The notes beneath the pieces are model-generated. The model did no database searches. It saw nothing but the letters and a program-made list of their open reading frames with translations, and was not told the origin of the DNA. Positions 49,073-59,620 of a stretch of 64,000 nucleotides of DNA are shown piece by piece (the first letter of the stretch is position 1; the number at the start of each line of letters is the position of its first letter). The DNA lies in contig PDSJ01000010.1 in the NCBI GenBank assembly GCA_002748425.1, positions 35,841-99,840 of the forward strand, in the 5' to 3' direction. This DNA comes from a candidate division KSB3 bacterium (GTDB lineage Bacteria; Moduliflexota; Moduliflexia; Moduliflexales; Moduliflexaceae). Position numbers and translations under genes: made by a program.

Positions 49073-51286
49073 CTATGTATTCTGTGACATTTTGGCGCTG
49101 TACAGAATGTGTTTCAAATATAAGTGGACTTTGGGATTGTCATCGCTCTGATACGGAAGAATGTCTTCCAGATGCCGCTCTGCCAGCATCAGCAGGCCAT
49201 GATACGCTGAATCATCGAGTTCGTCGTGAGCGAGATATTCAATCAGTGTCGGAATCACCTTTGGTGAGCCAATGCGGCCTATTGTCACTAATAACGCTTT
49301 TTTCACGCTCGTATCAGGATCGTGTAACATGTCAAGCAGTTCAGGTTCTGCCTGCTTTGCGCCCAAAAGTCCCAGGGCGGTGATGGCGGATTCACGAACA
49401 CACCAGTGGGTATCTTTCAGAAATGTCAGGAGGATCGGAATCAGTGATTCTGCACAGGCCTGGAAGGAACCCAGGGCGAGAATCGCTGTTTTTCTGACAT
49501 CAAAATCGACATCTTGTGTGAGACGCAGAAGCAGTTCCTTGCTTTGCTCTGTTTCAGTATGCTCCAGAGGCCGACAGAACGCGATTTTGAGTAAGCCGTC
49601 TTCGTAGCGGCGACAGCGATTTTTGAGAATATCGCCGATCTTTTTCAGGGCGCGCTGTCGATACTCTTCATCCGGATGCTGTTTCAGATAACGAGCGATC
49701 CCGATGACAGCAGCACGCTGGACCAGAGGGGTTTGATCGTCCAAGACCAGTAACAACGACTGGAAAGCCTCCCGGGCGTGGGCATTACCCAGCGCAAAGG
49801 CCACTTGTTTCCGGATACCGGGATGATCGTCTGAGAGCAGCAAGGTTAAGTGGTTCAGCACTTCCGGACAGCTGGGCAGCAGGTGTCCCAGGTGCTCGAT
49901 CGCCTTCATTCGGATGCGTGGGTCAACGTCTTTTGTCGCATTTAAGAGATCGTCAAGGGCCTCTTCACCACGCAGCATGCCCCACAAGGCAATGGCTTCG
50001 GCCCGAACCAGAGGATGTGCAGACTCGATATACTGTTTGGTGCAGCGGAGAATGGGGTCCAGATACGCTGAATCGTCCGGTGGGAGAAGGTATACGTTGA
50101 GTGAAGGCGTTGTAAAGGATCGCAGTAACGCGTGGATAAGGCTCTCATCGCTCTCATCCCGGATATATTCCAGCAGGATTTTCGGCACTTGTTCTCCTCC
50201 GATCTCCCGCAGACACTCGATGATGATCAGTCGTACTTCAGAATTGGTAGCAGTCTTATAGCTGCGTTCAAGCGGGACAATCGCTTCGTCCCCGATGTGG
50301 ATCAGCGCACTTGCGATCATTTCCGAATACTGTTCATTGCCCAGGCGTTCCAGAAGGGCGTAAGCCGCATCCTGCCGTCTGCTCCACCCCAGCATCCTGA
50401 TCGAGGAAACCGCAAGGTTGAAATCAGGGCCGTCCATGAAGTCGATCAGGCTGAGCATGACAGACTCGCTGCAAGCCGAGCGAAACAGGGTGTGATAGCT
50501 GGGGAGTTGCTGGGTGATGGCATGAAATTTATCCAGTTTATGAGCGATCTGCTCCATCGAGATGACGGCGCTTTTACGAATTTCTTGATCGTTTGAGCTG
50601 AGAGCCTCGATAACGCATGGAATGCCGCGCTCATCTCCGATATGTCCCAGGGCTTCGAGGACTGTTTGGAGGAATAAAGGGGATTCAGCGATTTTTATGA
50701 GATGAGGGGTGGCTCGATAATCACCGATATGCCCGAGCGCTGAAATGGCTGGCAGCTTGAGCCAGTCATCATCTTCTTCCAGAATCTTGGTCAGGGGGCT
50801 CACGGATTTTTGGCTCGGAATACGGGAAAGCGCCTCGACAGCGGCGTAGCGTACATTGATATGCTCGTCGTCGAGGGCCGTGAGTAAGGCATCGCAGGCG
50901 TCGTGGTGCCCGATATTTCCGAGCACATTAGCTGAAGCAATTCTGACATCCTTATCGGGATCCTGTAACGAGACCCTCAGATAGGGAATCGCGGGACGGC
51001 CGATCTCATTCAAACATTCGAGTGCGGAATTGTGAAATCGGACCGTCTGGAGTTCAATATCCCCAACATTCAGGGCCTGGATCAAAAAAGGAACGACCAG
51101 TTCACTATCAGTTCCAGCTAAAAATTTGACAGCCGCCTTCCGTACCCGCCAACTCTGATCGGCCAGGAGCGCAACTAATTGTTCAGTTTCTTTGGTGTTG
51201 CCCGGGGCGTCGAGCGTCATAAGCGCTTGCAGCCTGACCTCTTCATCCGGCGACTGTAAGGCTTGAAAGCTTTCAGTAGCGATCAT
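49073..51286 (-). CDS. HEAT/PBS-lyase repeat protein
   Basis: Many L.D....VR..A..AL..IG units. Confidence 0.88.
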   Translation of the reverse strand: MIATESFQALQSPDEEVRLQALMTLDAPGNTKETEQLVALLADQSWRVRKAAVKFLAGTDSELVVPFLIQALNVGDIELQTVRFHNSALECLNEIGRPAIPYLRVSLQDPDKDVRIASANVLGNIGHHDACDALLTALDDEHINVRYAAVEALSRIPSQKSVSPLTKILEEDDDWLKLPAISALGHIGDYRATPHLIKIAESPLFLQTVLEALGHIGDERGIPCVIEALSSNDQEIRKSAVISMEQIAHKLDKFHAITQQLPSYHTLFRSACSESVMLSLIDFMDGPDFNLAVSSIRMLGWSRRQDAAYALLERLGNEQYSEMIASALIHIGDEAIVPLERSYKTATNSEVRLIIIECLREIGGEQVPKILLEYIRDESDESLIHALLRSFTTPSLNVYLLPPDDSAYLDPILRCTKQYIESAHPLVRAEAIALWGMLRGEEALDDLLNATKDVDPRIRMKAIEHLGHLLPSCPEVLNHLTLLLSDDHPGIRKQVAFALGNAHAREAFQSLLLVLDDQTPLVQRAAVIGIARYLKQHPDEEYRQRALKKIGDILKNRCRRYEDGLLKIAFCRPLEHTETEQSKELLLRLTQDVDFDVRKTAILALGSFQACAESLIPILLTFLKDTHWCVRESAITALGLLGAKQAEPELLDMLHDPDTSVKKALLVTIGRIGSPKVIPTLIEYLAHDELDDSAYHGLLMLAERHLEDILPYQSDDNPKVHLYLKHILYSAKMSQNT

Positions 51287-51732
51287 GATTGTACTCCATG
51301 TGTTTTAAACATACCAGGCTCTTCCGTCAGGAGTGGATGCTCGTAGTATATCATGAACGACTTGTGTCGTTTCCGCATCTTCTATCTGCACACTGCGAAA
51401 TGATGAATGCTGACCTCAGCGCATCGTGCGTCCAATGCCTCTCAACAACAAATTGCGTGAAGTCGATGAACACGAGCTGTAAGTTATAAACAATATGAGA
51501 TATTATGCAGGAATAAGCGTTGCGTGAAATAAAATATTTGTCAAGTAAAGCTTGAGGAATCTTTTCTGGCTGTGTACGAGAAAGCAGTTTTACAGGGCTT
51601 TCGGAACGACACGATGCAAATCGTCGAGCACGCCGATCGTCATAATCCCGGCATCGATGCGCCGGTAAAAGCGATACAAACGTGGTTGGATACACAGCGG
51701 TGTGACATATTGCCATGAGATCGAAGCCTTGT

Positions 51733-52497
51733 TTATCCGGATGTAATGATGTTTTGATCGTAGCTCATGGCCAGTGTTTCGCCGGGCTTGAGAATCAGAA
51801 AATCATCTTCCCAGTCAGCGTTCAGCAAGCGACGGATTAAGACGATACTGCCGGCAATGCGCTCAAAGGTCCAGCCCCGTTTTGCAGCCTCTTCCCTGGC
51901 CTGGGCCTCGACATTGTCGTTGCCGCTGATGCCCATGTCGATGAACACGGCGCGTTGATAATGATTGTGCCAGGTTCCCATCACGTCCATCAGATACTTG
52001 GCATTATCTTTGCCGTATTTTTCTACATAGCCCTCGTAAACATCGTGAAGATCGACGCTCATATCAGCTCCTGAGGACAAGGGGGTGGCGGCCCCTGTGC
52101 TGCGTTCGATATAATCTCTGGTGTACCAGTAGGTTCCGGAACAGCTTTCAAATTGCTCGGCATACTGTTCGCGGCTTCCCAGAAAGAGCGTGATGCAATC
52201 GTGTGCGCGAGGGATGACGAGCGGCAGAGTTTTCGCCTGTAATCCGGCGGTAGCTCTGCCGCATAAGCCATACGCCATGATAACGGCGTCGTAATGTTTG
52301 GCCTCGATCTTATCGATGCGTTGCTGGAGACGCTTCCGTAAATCTGTGGGATGAGCGTGCAGACCGAGGCGGAATAATTCGACATCGACGATCTGTGATG
52401 ACTGAGAGGCGCAAAGATAGACAATACGCGCCAGAGCGTCGCAGGCTAAACATTTTAAACGCATAATGTTTTTGTTCATGTTATTCTCATGCGTCAT
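51733..52497 (-). CDS. DUF1638-like protein
   Basis: LACDAL, GLH..P..L, YGLCG, RAHDCITLFLGS motifs. Confidence 0.72.
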   Translation of the reverse strand: MTHENNMNKNIMRLKCLACDALARIVYLCASQSSQIVDVELFRLGLHAHPTDLRKRLQQRIDKIEAKHYDAVIMAYGLCGRATAGLQAKTLPLVIPRAHDCITLFLGSREQYAEQFESCSGTYWYTRDYIERSTGAATPLSSGADMSVDLHDVYEGYVEKYGKDNAKYLMDVMGTWHNHYQRAVFIDMGISGNDNVEAQAREEAAKRGWTFERIAGSIVLIRRLLNADWEDDFLILKPGETLAMSYDQNIITSG

Positions 52498-52641
52498 CCC
52501 GATATTTCACTAGTCTGCCGCAAGAGTTCTGTCAACTATTCATTCTGAAAAATATGTGTTGACTTTCCCGGGGATTTCAGGAACTCGGTGTCGGCAGGAA
52601 TTGATCGAATCCTGGCGTTTGTAACTGCTGTCGACAGCGAT

Positions 52642-54096
52642 ATGAAAACACTGCTCATCGCCGCTCCCGCGAGCGGAAAAGGGAAAACGACGGTCACAAT
52701 GGGGCTTCTGCGGGCCTTGCGGCAGCGCGGCCTGGACGTCTGCGCGTATAAGGTCGGTCCCGATTATATCGATCCGGCATTTTTGACAAAAGCGGCTGGA
52801 AACGCTGCCAGAAATCTGGATTTGCATCTTCAGGGAAAGGCAGGCGTTCGCTGCAATCTGCAGCGGGGACGCTCGGACTATGCCTTGATCGAAGGCGTGA
52901 TGGGCTATTTTGACGGTCTGCATAACACCTGGCGTCATTCCAGTTATCATCTGGCTTCGCTTTTCAGGATTCCGACACTTCTGATCTATACTCCGAAGGG
53001 AGAAATGTTTTCGGCTATTCCGAAAATCAAAGGCATGGCAGAGTTCGGGCACTCGACTATCTGCGGAGTGCTTTTCAATCAGGTCAGCAGGCATTACTAT
53101 GGTCTTTTAAAGGAGGCGCTGGAAGAGTACACGTCCTTGAAAGCCCCGGGCTACGTTCCTGAGATACAAGAGGCAGGGCTGAAGAGCCGCCATCTTGGAT
53201 TGGTGCAAAGCATCGAAGTCGATGAACTGGATCGCAAAATCGATCTGCTCGCCGCACAGATTGCCGCCCATGTTGATCTGGATGCTGTCATCGATATGAT
53301 GGACGAGTACGACCCTTCCGACTTATGCGAAGAACTGCCCGAATTCCCGACCGTCTTTTCCCCGGACATTACGAAGACGGAAGTATGTGCGTCGCTTTCT
53401 GAAACGCCGGGACCAGCGGCTTCTTTGCCCACGCTGCTGGAAAATACGAGCTGCTCAGAACCTTCAGAGACGAGAACTGTCCGGGTCGCAGTTGCCCGAG
53501 ATGAAGCATTTTCTTTTTATTATACGGAAAATTTGGAATTACTGGAACGGTATTGTATGGTCTCTTATTTTTCTCCCCTCAGAGACACGCAGCTTCCAGA
53601 CTGTGATTTACTCTATATGGGGGGCGGCTATCCGGAGCTGTTTCTTCAAGAATTATCCGAGAACACTGCGATGCTTCGGGCGGTTCGTGAGTATGCCGAA
53701 GCCGGAGGCTGCGTGTATGCTGAATGCGGCGGTTTCATGTATTTGACTGAATCGCTTGATGGGGCAAAGATGGTCGGGATTTTTCGGGGTATGACGAAAC
53801 TGACAACCCGGCTTCAGCGTTTTGGCTATATCGATATTGAGTTGAAGAGCGAGTGTTTACTGGGGAAAGCAGGAACCTGCTTCACTGCTCATGAATTCCA
53901 TCGATCAGTGTCTGAAGTACAAGGTGATACAGTGTTCCGAATCCGTAAAAGCTCAGGGACAACGAGCTGGGACTGTGGGTATCGCTATAAGAACGTCCTG
54001 GCCGGTTATCCTCATATCAATTTTTTAGGTCATCCCGGAATATTGCAGTATATGCTGGAGTACTGTGGCAGAAAAAAGCTGCCGGAAGAAGCTTGA
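52642..54096 (+). CDS. cbiA: Cobyrinate a,c-diamide synthase
   Basis: SGKGKTT, KVGPDYIDP, IEGVMG, SRHLGL, GGGYPE, AECGG, HEFH. Confidence 0.95.
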   Translation: MKTLLIAAPASGKGKTTVTMGLLRALRQRGLDVCAYKVGPDYIDPAFLTKAAGNAARNLDLHLQGKAGVRCNLQRGRSDYALIEGVMGYFDGLHNTWRHSSYHLASLFRIPTLLIYTPKGEMFSAIPKIKGMAEFGHSTICGVLFNQVSRHYYGLLKEALEEYTSLKAPGYVPEIQEAGLKSRHLGLVQSIEVDELDRKIDLLAAQIAAHVDLDAVIDMMDEYDPSDLCEELPEFPTVFSPDITKTEVCASLSETPGPAASLPTLLENTSCSEPSETRTVRVAVARDEAFSFYYTENLELLERYCMVSYFSPLRDTQLPDCDLLYMGGGYPELFLQELSENTAMLRAVREYAEAGGCVYAECGGFMYLTESLDGAKMVGIFRGMTKLTTRLQRFGYIDIELKSECLLGKAGTCFTAHEFHRSVSEVQGDTVFRIRKSSGTTSWDCGYRYKNVLAGYPHINFLGHPGILQYMLEYCGRKKLPEEA

Positions 54097-54152
54097 AGAA
54101 CGCTTTTCCTTTCTTCTTCTGCTATTCCTGCCTGGCCGCTCGCAGAAACATA

Positions 54153-54776
54153 ATGTATCTAAAAAATCCGCAAAAGATTGAAGCAAGCAGCATGGAAATT
54201 ATCGAACAGGGCCTGGATGCGCATAGCTTGCGTGATGAAGAATTGCAGATCGTCAAGCGATGCATCCACAGTACCGGCGATTTCGGCTATCAGCATATCA
54301 TCTCTTTGACCCCAAACGCGGTAGAAGCTGGCATTGAGGCGATCCGCGCGGGCTGCCGGATCGTCACGGACACCAGTATGGTGTATGCCGGTATCAATAA
54401 ACGCGCTTTAGAGAAAGCCGGCTGCTGTATTGAGTGCTATGTCGCTCATGACGAGGCATTTCGACTCGCAAAAGAACAAGGCATAACGCGATCGATGGCC
54501 GCGGTCGATTTAGCCGTGCAAAAGGGCGTTGATATTTTCGTCATCGGCAATGCGCCGACCGCGCTGTATCGTCTTGGAGAGTATATTGAAAAGACCTGTA
54601 TCACTCCGGAGTTGATCGTGGGGGTTCCGGTGGGCTTTGTCGGAGCAGCAGAATCGAAAGAATATCTTCGGGCCTTACACGTTCCTTCCATTTCAACAAT
54701 CGGCACACAAGGTGGCAGTAATGTCGCAGCCGCGATTATGAATGCCATTATCTATATGGCAGTTGGCAGGGCTTGA
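54153..54776 (+). CDS. cbiC: Cobalt-precorrin-8 methylmutase
   Basis: IHSTGD, TRS.AA, GNAPTAL, PVGFVGAAESK. Confidence 0.95.
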   Translation: MYLKNPQKIEASSMEIIEQGLDAHSLRDEELQIVKRCIHSTGDFGYQHIISLTPNAVEAGIEAIRAGCRIVTDTSMVYAGINKRALEKAGCCIECYVAHDEAFRLAKEQGITRSMAAVDLAVQKGVDIFVIGNAPTALYRLGEYIEKTCITPELIVGVPVGFVGAAESKEYLRALHVPSISTIGTQGGSNVAAAIMNAIIYMAVGRA

Positions 54777-54850
54777 TACGTCAGTTTGGGAACGCTGCTG
54801 TAAGGGGGGGGCCCGAACGTCGTTGTAAAAAACTGCAGGAACGATTGGGT

Positions 54851-55933
54851 ATGAAACATGTGCAGTATATCATTGAACGGGGCAAGAAGCTGCGTTGCGG
54901 ATATACGACAGGCACGTGCGCTGCCGCTGCTTCAAAGGCTGCTGCGCTGATGCTGCTGCAGGGCGCTGATAGCCTGAAGACGATCGCGCTGGAAACGCCT
55001 GCTGGCATTCCTGTAGAACTGAAGGTCGAACAACCGTGTTTGCAGGATGATTCAGCCTCATGCTGTATTGTCAAAGATGCCGGAGACGATCCTGACGTCA
55101 CCAATGGGATCGAGATTTATGCTGAGGTTCGTAAACGCTCTGACGGGAGGATTGTGATTGAGGGGGGGAAAGGAATCGGCAGAATTACACGTCAGGGCTT
55201 TTGGGGAGCAATCGGAGAGGCGGCGATCAATCCGGTTCCCCGCGAAATGATCCGCAATGAACTTGCCGCGCTCGCGCCACATGGCTGGGACGTGATGATT
55301 TCCGCGCCCAAAGGCGTGGAAATCGCTGAACACACTTTTAACAGCAGACTGGGAATCACAGGCGGGATTTCGATCATCGGCACCAGCGGTATCGTTCGTC
55401 CTATGTCTGATGATGCGGTGAAGCAGACGATCTATCTTGAGATCGATCGAATCGCCGAAGAATCACGTGATGCGATTCTCCTGTTGTTGGGGAATTACGG
55501 CGAGCAGATTGTTACAGAACGCGGCTGGAAAGGCCCTCGCGCGCAAATCTCGAATTTTATAGGAGATGCGGTCGCCTATTGTTATGAAAAGCGCTTCAGG
55601 AAAGTCACGTTGATTGGGCATATCGGTAAATTGAGCAAACTTTCCATCGGCGCCTTTAATACGCACAGTAAGATGTGCGACATCCGTATCGAGGCATTCG
55701 TCTATTACTTGGCGCTTGCCGGAGCGCCTGCAGATTTACTGCAAACAGTGCTAGGCTGTGTCAGCTCTGAGGAAGTCCTCAGCGTGATCCGTGCCAGGGG
55801 CTATGGGGGCATTCTTCATGATATGCAGCAGGGCTGTGTTGATCGTTTGAAACGTTATGTCAAAGATGATGATTTTCATATTGATGTCATTTTTTATTCC
55901 ATGGAATCGGGTATCTTGGAGGAGCGAGTGTGA
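54851..55933 (+). CDS. cbiD: Cobalt-precorrin-5B C1-methyltransferase
   Basis: GYTTGTCAAAA, KDAGDDPDVT, AINPVPR, GGISIIGTSG. Confidence 0.96.
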   Translation: MKHVQYIIERGKKLRCGYTTGTCAAAASKAAALMLLQGADSLKTIALETPAGIPVELKVEQPCLQDDSASCCIVKDAGDDPDVTNGIEIYAEVRKRSDGRIVIEGGKGIGRITRQGFWGAIGEAAINPVPREMIRNELAALAPHGWDVMISAPKGVEIAEHTFNSRLGITGGISIIGTSGIVRPMSDDAVKQTIYLEIDRIAEESRDAILLLLGNYGEQIVTERGWKGPRAQISNFIGDAVAYCYEKRFRKVTLIGHIGKLSKLSIGAFNTHSKMCDIRIEAFVYYLALAGAPADLLQTVLGCVSSEEVLSVIRARGYGGILHDMQQGCVDRLKRYVKDDDFHIDVIFYSMESGILEERV

Positions 55934-56529
55934 TTTACGTAATCGGTATGGGACCCGGACATCTCAAATATCTGACTCTCGAAGCCATTGAGGCCGTTCA
56001 GGCCGCAGACACTGTACTGGCTTTTGGACGAATCGCCGAAACTGCTGAGAAGATTCGAAGGCCGGTGACGCGAATCATGCGGATGGACGAAGTCCTGCCT
56101 TTTCTCAGCAATGAAGGGCGCATCGCCGTGCTGGCGTCCGGCGATCCCTGTTTCTATGGTATTGTCGATTATTTAAAGCGACATGATATTGCCATCGATG
56201 CGATTTTGCCGGGACTGTCTTCCATGCAATACATGATGGCTCGCTTGCAAAAAAGCTGGCAGCAGGCGAGATTTTTCAGCCTTCACGGGCGCGATGAAGA
56301 GCTTGAGGCGATCAAACAATCGCCTCTGAGTGTGATTTTGACGGACAGCCGGAATACGCCGCAGGATATTTCGCAGCAGCTGAAACGCCTTGGTCTGCGG
56401 GGACGCCTGTATGTTGGTTATAAACTCTCGTATGAGGACGAACGTATCCTTGAACGAAAGATTGGGGAGGAGATTGAGGTCTGCGAGGCAATCTCTCTGG
56501 TGGTGGTAGAGCATGAGCTGGATTCCTGA
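55930..56529 (+). CDS. cbiE: Cobalt-precorrin-7 C5-methyltransferase
   Basis: IGMGPG, ASGDP.FYG, PGLSS.Q, SLHGR. Confidence 0.92.
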   Translation: MIYVIGMGPGHLKYLTLEAIEAVQAADTVLAFGRIAETAEKIRRPVTRIMRMDEVLPFLSNEGRIAVLASGDPCFYGIVDYLKRHDIAIDAILPGLSSMQYMMARLQKSWQQARFFSLHGRDEELEAIKQSPLSVILTDSRNTPQDISQQLKRLGLRGRLYVGYKLSYEDERILERKIGEEIEVCEAISLVVVEHELDS

Positions 56530-57064
56530 TGACGAGTTTATTCGAGGCAGTGTGCCGATGACGAAGTTTGAGATACGAGTCCTCACACTGGCCCTGCTCG
56601 ACTGTGCTTCTGGAGAGCGCCTGTTGGATATTGGGGCGGGAACCGGTTCGGTGAGTGTTCAGGCTGCGCGCCTGGGAGCTGAAGTCTGGGCGATCGAACG
56701 CAAGCCTGAGGGACTTGAGCTTATCGCCAAAAATGCTGAACAATTTGGAGTGAGCGTGAATCTTATTGCCGGTTCAGCGCCGGAGGCCATTGCAACGCTT
56801 CCTGAGTGTACACGGTGTTTTATCGGCGGCAGCGGAGGAAAATTGCCAGAGATTTTTGAGAGATTGGAGTCTTGCCTGGCTGCAAGCTGTCGAGTGGCGG
56901 CGAATTTCATTACAGTTGAGAATTTGGTTGAGAGTAAAAGATTATTCGAACATTATGGGTATCGAGACATTGAAACACGCTTAATTCAGAGTGCGCAGCT
57001 TGACAAGTACGGTTTGTTACGCGGACACAATCCGGTGTTTATTATCAAGGGAGACAAGGGATGA
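56513..57064 (+). CDS. cbiT: Cobalt-precorrin-6B C15-methyltransferase (decarboxylating)
   Basis: IPDDEF, PMTK.EIR, DIGAGTGSV, FIGGSGG. Confidence 0.93.
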   Translation: MSWIPDDEFIRGSVPMTKFEIRVLTLALLDCASGERLLDIGAGTGSVSVQAARLGAEVWAIERKPEGLELIAKNAEQFGVSVNLIAGSAPEAIATLPECTRCFIGGSGGKLPEIFERLESCLAASCRVAANFITVENLVESKRLFEHYGYRDIETRLIQSAQLDKYGLLRGHNPVFIIKGDKG

Positions 57065-57726
57065 AAACATTATACGGTGTCGGAGTCGGTCCCGGCGATC
57101 CTGACTTGCTGACGCTGAAAGCGATTAAAGTCATACGAAGTGCCGATTACGTGTTTGTGCCGCGTCCAAAACCCGACAAACAGGGGATGGCAGAGGCGAT
57201 TGCGGCTGAATATCTTCAGGGCAAACGTGTGATCACTCTTCATTTTCCGATGGGCCCCGATAATGTGGACTTGTATAAAAGGACAGCCGAAACCCTTGAT
57301 CGTACATTGAAAGACGGTGAAAGCGGAGCATTTATTACGATCGGCGATCCAATGACGTACAGCACTTTCACCTATGTCATGTTTGAAGCACAGAACTTGG
57401 ATATGCAGTGCGTGCTTGTCCCTGGAATTTCTACGTGTAACGCGACGGCGGCCGCCTTGCAAATGCCGGTGACGATCAAAGGCGAGAGTTTTTATCTGGC
57501 TGACGGTTCTGTTGACGAGGAAGTCTTGCGGCGGGTGCAGAGCGTTTGTGTTCTGAAGCCCCGCAAACAAAGCGCTGAAACGCTTGAAAAGCTTGAGAAG
57601 TATGGCTTTGAATATCGCTATATTAAGCGTTGCTCGTTCCCGGATCAGGAGATCTGGTGCGATCGGCGCGCAATCGAAGAGGATCGGGACTATATGAGCG
57701 CCTTATTTTCCAGAAAACGCGGATAA
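57061..57726 (+). CDS. cbiL: Cobalt-sirohydrochlorin C20-methyltransferase
   Basis: GVGVGPGDPDLLTLKA, FPM, GDPMTYST. Confidence 0.92.
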   Translation: MKTLYGVGVGPGDPDLLTLKAIKVIRSADYVFVPRPKPDKQGMAEAIAAEYLQGKRVITLHFPMGPDNVDLYKRTAETLDRTLKDGESGAFITIGDPMTYSTFTYVMFEAQNLDMQCVLVPGISTCNATAAALQMPVTIKGESFYLADGSVDEEVLRRVQSVCVLKPRKQSAETLEKLEKYGFEYRYIKRCSFPDQEIWCDRRAIEEDRDYMSALFSRKRG

Positions 57727-57776
57727 GTTCTGGGAAAAGGCGTTGTTACAGAGCAGCGATATTGTAAAAATACGAG

Positions 57777-58574
57777 GTGAACTGGGTGATTTATTTTGTA
57801 GGAGCTGGTCCGGGCGATGTAGACCTTATTACGGTCAAGGGGCGGAAGCTCCTGGAAACTGCGGATGTGCTTGTGTATGCAGGTTCGTTGGTTTCGGAAG
57901 CACATGTGGATTTTTGCCGGACGGATTGCGAATGTTACAACAGCGCCGGCATGACCCTGGAAGAGGTGCTGAACGTGTTGGTGGAGGCAGAGCAGGCGGA
58001 AAAGATGACGGTCAGGCTGCATACTGGAGATCCGACACTTTACGGGGCGATCCGCGAACAGATGAGCGCTCTGGATGCCCAGAACTTGTCTTACGAGATT
58101 GTGCCGGGGGTCAGTTCCTTTACGGCAAGTTGCGCCGTGCTGCAACGTGAGTATACCTTGCCGGGAGTCAGTCAGACAGTGATCGTGACACGTCTGAAAG
58201 GTCGCACTCCTGTACCGGAAGCTGAAGATTTGGCGTTGCTGGCTGCTCACCAAAGCTCGATGGCGATTTTTCTGTCGGTCAAACAGATCGATCTTGTGGT
58301 GGAACACTTGAAAGAAGGCTATGGACGCGACGATGTGCCGGTCGCGGTCGTGTATAAGGCCAGCTGGCCGGATCAGCACATTCTGCGGGGGCGCTTGAGC
58401 GATATCGCCGATAAGGTTAAGGCTGCTGGCATCAAAAATTTTTCTCAAATTCTGGTGGGCGACTTCCTGGAAACGGATTTCGAACGCTCACAGCTTTACC
58501 ACCCCCGCTTCTCCCACAGATTCAGGCAAAAGAAAAAATTCGAATACAAGATGTCTGCGGGCGTTGAGGGTTGA
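57777..58574 (+). CDS. cbiF: Cobalt-precorrin-4 C11-methyltransferase
   Basis: GAGPG..DLITVKG, YAGSLV, RLHTGDP.LYGAI.EQ, SQTVI.TR; start may be 57786. Confidence 0.95.
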   Translation: MNWVIYFVGAGPGDVDLITVKGRKLLETADVLVYAGSLVSEAHVDFCRTDCECYNSAGMTLEEVLNVLVEAEQAEKMTVRLHTGDPTLYGAIREQMSALDAQNLSYEIVPGVSSFTASCAVLQREYTLPGVSQTVIVTRLKGRTPVPEAEDLALLAAHQSSMAIFLSVKQIDLVVEHLKEGYGRDDVPVAVVYKASWPDQHILRGRLSDIADKVKAAGIKNFSQILVGDFLETDFERSQLYHPRFSHRFRQKKKFEYKMSAGVEG

Positions 58575-58579
58575 ACTAA

Positions 58580-59548
58580 TTGAAAATTGCGTGTTTCACA
58601 TTTACCAGGCAGGGCAGCCTGCTGGCGGAAAAGCTTGCTGAAGATCTCGGCGACCCGGTTGAGTTGTTTACGAAAGAGCATTATAAAGCCCAGCTACCCA
58701 GAGTATTCGAGGAATTCCAGGGGATCATATTCATTTCGTCGACCGGGATTGCTGTACGTCTGTCTGCAGCCTTTCTGCAAGATAAAACCTGCGATCCGGC
58801 GATTGTCGTTGTCGACGACCTGGGACGCTATGCTATCAGCCTGCTTTCCGGGCATCTCGGCGGAGCCAATCGGCTGGCGGAAAAGATTGCCGGAGTGCTG
58901 GCATGCCAGCCGATTGTGACAACCGCCTCTGACGGAAGAGGAATCGAGGCGATCGATCTCTTCGCTCAAAGACATGGGTTCATTATGGAAAGCATGCAGG
59001 ACGTGAAAGTGCTGACCGGGATGATGGTCGACGGCAAAGCGCTGAAGCTGCTATCGGAAGTTCAAACGTCCTTTAATTATCCACATTGTGTAGATAAGAT
59101 GGAAGATGCGGAAGGCTGCATTTATATCAGCTCGCAGACAGCTTTTCCATGCGAATTGCCCCACTGTGTCTTGCGGCCTAAAAATTTGGCAGTGGGGATT
59201 GGCTGCCGGAAAGGAAAATCTGTCAATGAGATTCTCAAGGCCCTTGAACAGGTCTTTGCTCGCCATTATCTCAGTCTCAAAAGCATTCGTCTAATGGCAA
59301 CGATTGACGTGAAGAAAGATGAAGCGGGAATTCTCGCGGCCTGTGAGATGCTGGGCGCTGAATTACGGATTTTCAGAGCTGATGAGATTCAACAGGTCCA
59401 GGAGCAGTTTGCCGGAAGCGAATTTGTTGAATCACAAGTCGGCGTCAAGGCAGTCAGCGAACCCTGTGCTTTTCTGGCTGGAGGCGATATCCTAGTGGGA
59501 AAGACAGCGATTGATGGGATCACAATCGCTGTTGCAAAATTAGAATGA
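58580..59548 (+). CDS. cbiG: Cobalt-precorrin-5A hydrolase
   Basis: TGIAVR, K..DPA, LSGHLGGAN, VTTASD, GIGCRKG, VSEP.A; TTG start. Confidence 0.94.
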   Translation: MKIACFTFTRQGSLLAEKLAEDLGDPVELFTKEHYKAQLPRVFEEFQGIIFISSTGIAVRLSAAFLQDKTCDPAIVVVDDLGRYAISLLSGHLGGANRLAEKIAGVLACQPIVTTASDGRGIEAIDLFAQRHGFIMESMQDVKVLTGMMVDGKALKLLSEVQTSFNYPHCVDKMEDAEGCIYISSQTAFPCELPHCVLRPKNLAVGIGCRKGKSVNEILKALEQVFARHYLSLKSIRLMATIDVKKDEAGILAACEMLGAELRIFRADEIQQVQEQFAGSEFVESQVGVKAVSEPCAFLAGGDILVGKTAIDGITIAVAKLE

Positions 59549-59620
59549 TGAGGATGCATACACGAATTCGGTCTGTCACCATCCTGATAAGAGGACAGAG
59601 GCTTTACATGAAAGTGAATC

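Noticed and set aside
51351-51716. 121-aa ORF between the HEAT and DUF1638 genes
   Set aside because: No motifs or RBS; overlaps a probable promoter region
52500-52641. Cobalamin riboswitch upstream of cbiA
   Set aside because: Only a CGGTG fragment; no GGGAA, GCCACTG or B12-box arrangement, and little space
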